Shown here: positions 60,561 through 64,000 of the stretch, in pieces
Numbering within the stretch: the first letter of the stretch is position 1
Layout: every line of letters begins with the position of its first letter
Source of the DNA: Lytechinus pictus
Taxonomy: Eukaryota
Reading direction: 5' to 3'
Assembly: GCF_037042905.1 (NCBI RefSeq)
Contig: NC_087245.1
Span: forward strand, 22,942,001 to 23,006,000
DNA length: 64,000 nt
Position numbers and translations under genes: made by a program
Notes under the pieces: model-generated
The model's database searches: none
Told to the model about the DNA's origin: nothing
Seen by the model: only the letters and a program-made list of their open reading frames with translations

Positions 60561-61747
60561 TATGGCCACACGTACATCCATGGAAATTAAATTTGAATTC
60601 AATCACTTGAATAAATGATAATCAAAGGAGTTGAACTATTACAAAAAAAATCAAAATCAGATAAAATTACATGGCATTTTAAAGTTTGCAAATTAATCAA
60701 AAATGAAAAATGCATATCACAGTCTGTAGATAAATTTATGAGCAAAATTTACCATTACTCCTTGTTTTCTTGGATGGTTTATTACATCATACTACAAATA
60801 TAACTTTTTGTTTCAAGAATGTGAAATATACATACAATCTTTCAAAATACTATATGAGACCCAGCACCACAAAACCCACAAAAAGTAGCACTGTGTTATT
60901 TAAAAAAAGAGCCAATTAAGAGCATTTTGGTTAGAATGTTTAAATTTCAGGTTTTTGTGTTTTCTGAAAGAGTATACTCTCCTCTATTTACTGTAAAGAA
61001 ATTGGATGTACAAATCAAACCTTAAGTTTCGTTTTTGAGTGCTTTTATTAGATCTATTTTGTCTTTTTGAGTTAATTGTAATCATGTTTTTGTTTTCACG
61101 AATACCTGAAAATTAATCTCTCTTTGAACTCCTATAAATTCAAAACAGGATTTCTTCTAACATTGATACTTATTCAAACAAATGGACAGGATGTACCTTA
61201 TTAGTGTGTGAACTTTAGGGGCAAGCTGATAATTCCTTCCATCAAAATTCTATTGATTTTTAATCTACCTTTTGTCTACAATACACAATAGTGGAAGAGT
61301 GAGCGCTCTTCAATAGACTAGTAATTTTTAATCCCCCTTTTCTCAAAAGGAGTGTTCCATGGTAGTGAACATTCTCCTCTTACTTGTGTGGGTTAGGATC
61401 ATGAGTTATATATCATTATAAAGCTTAGAATCTCCTCTTATAAAGCTTAGTATCTCCTCTTTCAGAAGGGCTATTTAAAGGTCAAGTCCACCCCAGAAAA
61501 ATGTTGATTTGAATAGAGAAAATCAAACAAGCATTATGCTGAAAATTTCATCAAAATCAGATGTAAAATGAGAAAGTAATGACATTTTAATGTTTTGCTT
61601 ATTTGTTCACAAAACAGTGATATGCACAACTCAGTGACATGGAAACGAGACAGTCGAAAAACAGGTGGTCTTACCCCCCCCCCCACCACCATCAAAACAT
61701 CCTGGCGACCCCTGTGTGCATGTATAATTCATTTGTTCTTAATATTT

Positions 61748-62137
61748 CTGGTTTTACAGTGCATTAAGTATCCAACATATCCTAAGACCATACGGTACAT
61801 GTATAAAGAGATAATAATTTCCATTTAACATTTGAAAGAAAGAAAAATCTGCAAATGCAGTAAATTAATGATATCATGAACTGTTTATGTTTCACATTTT
61901 GCAAGGGTCATTTTATAAGAAGTAAAATTAAATTCTGGTTTTACAGTAAATCATTAAAGTATCTGACACAAAGAGCTAGAGAATAAATTTCCATCTAACC
62001 CTTGGAAAGAAAAAAAAAAAATCAGTTTTGAAAATTATCATATGACCAATCTGCAAATGCAGTAACTTAGTGATATTATGAACTGTTTATGTTTCACATT
62101 TTGCAAGGGTTATTTTGTAAGAAGTACAATTCAATTT
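61748..62137. repeat. Tandem direct duplication (~190 bp x2)
   Basis: ctggttttacagt...atctgcaaatgcagtaa...tgaactgtttatgtttcacattttgcaagggt.atttt.taagaagta repeated. Confidence 0.8.
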
Positions 62138-64000
62138 CATATCAAAGATATGATTCCCTTTCCTAGTTTTGATACCAAAGTTTAGAAACTGATAACATTA
62201 TCACTGAAACGATACAAAAAATTAACTCTTTGTGATTATGTTAATAAAGAGCAATGTAATAAAATAAATCACTTTGAATAAACGTCATAACAACTAAACC
62301 AGAATAAACCAGATATACAACCAAACCACGGCCGTGCAATTTTTATTGATTTTTCTTCAAACTCTTCATCTGAAATGTATCTAGGTTTCAAACAATAGCA
62401 ACGACAGCTGTCACGTGCAATGGCAATGATTCTTTTTAACGTTTAGTTTGTCTGAGGCAATATTCAGCATCGGTTGTGAAGGTGAACAAATTGTACTTCA
62501 ACATCAATATCCCAAGAGATTTAATGAAATTCATTGAAGAGAGAATGAGTGATCGAGGACGACAGTTTCATCCAAAAGGATGAGATCCCCCCCTTAGAGA
62601 AGGGGGGGGGGGGATCTAACCTTTTGTAATGAAAATACAAAAGCAAACCAAAAGATAACATATCCTTAAATTCATCCAAAAACAGCTGAGTAATATTTCT
62701 TGTTTATCCCCATATTATAAAGATACCCCTGGTATGGCCTTGATCAATTAGTGGATTTGAATTAAATGGAGAGAAATCAAAGTATCAAACAAGCAAATAT
62801 TAATATAATTTGAAAACATCAACCACTTGTAAAAGGCCACTGCTTTGGTATTTCAAGAAAATTCCTCTGCCACTGTCAGATCAGAAATATGTCACATACC
62901 TATTATTTCAAAACTTATCACCTCTGTAATTTTAGACCTTGTAACCCCAAATTCTAACCAGATGACTGCACATGATCCAAGTTTGTCCCACAAAGGATTA
63001 TTTGGTTATCACAAGAATATATTTTCATGGATATAAAGATCTACAGTATGTGACCATCTTCCTAACTCACATATTCATATGACTGAGGTGTGAAATTAAT
63101 CCTTCGAACAGTTTTTCAGTTGAGATATTAGAAGAAAGATTTACTTTCTAATATATACTAAGTATGTAATAAGTTTATGACCTTTGCTATCTTGGACCTT
63201 TGAACCTAGTCTGAATGAACAGACTTTGATTGAAACTTTGATCAAAAAGGGGATCTTGGCACCAGACTAGCAAAACACAACTTGCTGTTTTCAGAGGGAC
63301 CTTCTGTGCCCAAGTCACAGTCGGGGATTTTAGGCTGCATTTTCAGACCACTTTCCACATAGGATTTGCAAAGCAAACTTCTGTGACAAAATGACCTGTA
63401 TTCTAATCAGGCAGTTGTTTCACAAAGATTCAAGTGTGACTTCAAGTTGCATTTAAATTTCCAGCAAGCATACAGTATAAAAGGCATCACCGCATTGGTC
63501 AAATCATGCTGAGAAGACAATATGCATGTTTACCGAATGTAAATGAGCCAAGATCGAAGTCAAACCCTTAAACAGTACAGGGTATTTTCAGGAATGGCAT
63601 ATGTGACCTTTGACCTTATGACCCCAAATCAGATCAAAATTACTCCCTTACATGTACGTATACACAAGCAAAGTTTGAAGTTGAATAGTTCTAATTTAGT
63701 TACTTGCAAGAAGAGATACTTTCAGGAACTTAATGACACTTGGGACCTTGACCTTGTTACCCATAAATCTATGATCATGCACAATGATCATGCAAAAATG
63801 CAAAATGTTGATCCTGCAAAATGCTTCTTCAGTCATCAATAGAATGAAATAAGTTAATGTACAGATACACATCATGACCTTGATACCCCAAACTATTCTG
63901 AGCATTACCAGTGCTACAAATGATTACTTGGACCATGTTTGAAGTGGATTCATCAAAGTGTTCTTCCACTATCATGGAAACAAAAACAGGACGGATGGAC

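Overview
AT-rich, intron- and repeat-rich eukaryotic DNA. The repeat families and gene content suggest an invertebrate deuterostome, probably a sea urchin (inference). Three spliced protein-coding genes were reconstructed by hand, all with GT-AG introns and consistent phases. (1) A + strand 4-exon gene (10668-21901, 1066 aa) encodes signal peptide + SUEL/rhamnose-binding lectin domain + ~870-aa Thr/Gln-rich mucin + C-terminal PAN/apple-like domain. (2) Its tandem + strand relative (24971-27851, 374 aa) has the same exon plan but a C-type lectin domain in place of the SUEL domain and a short Ser/Thr stalk. (3) A convergent - strand 18-exon puromycin-sensitive aminopeptidase (NPEPPS, 58100-31254, 867 aa). 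The rest is a 5'-truncated L2/CR1-group LINE, tRNA-derived SINEs, Helentron-like tandem-repeat elements, an internally deleted ISL2EU-like THAP transposon and many, often nested, MITEs. The most notable observation is the modular 'swappable lectin head - mucin - PAN' gene pair.
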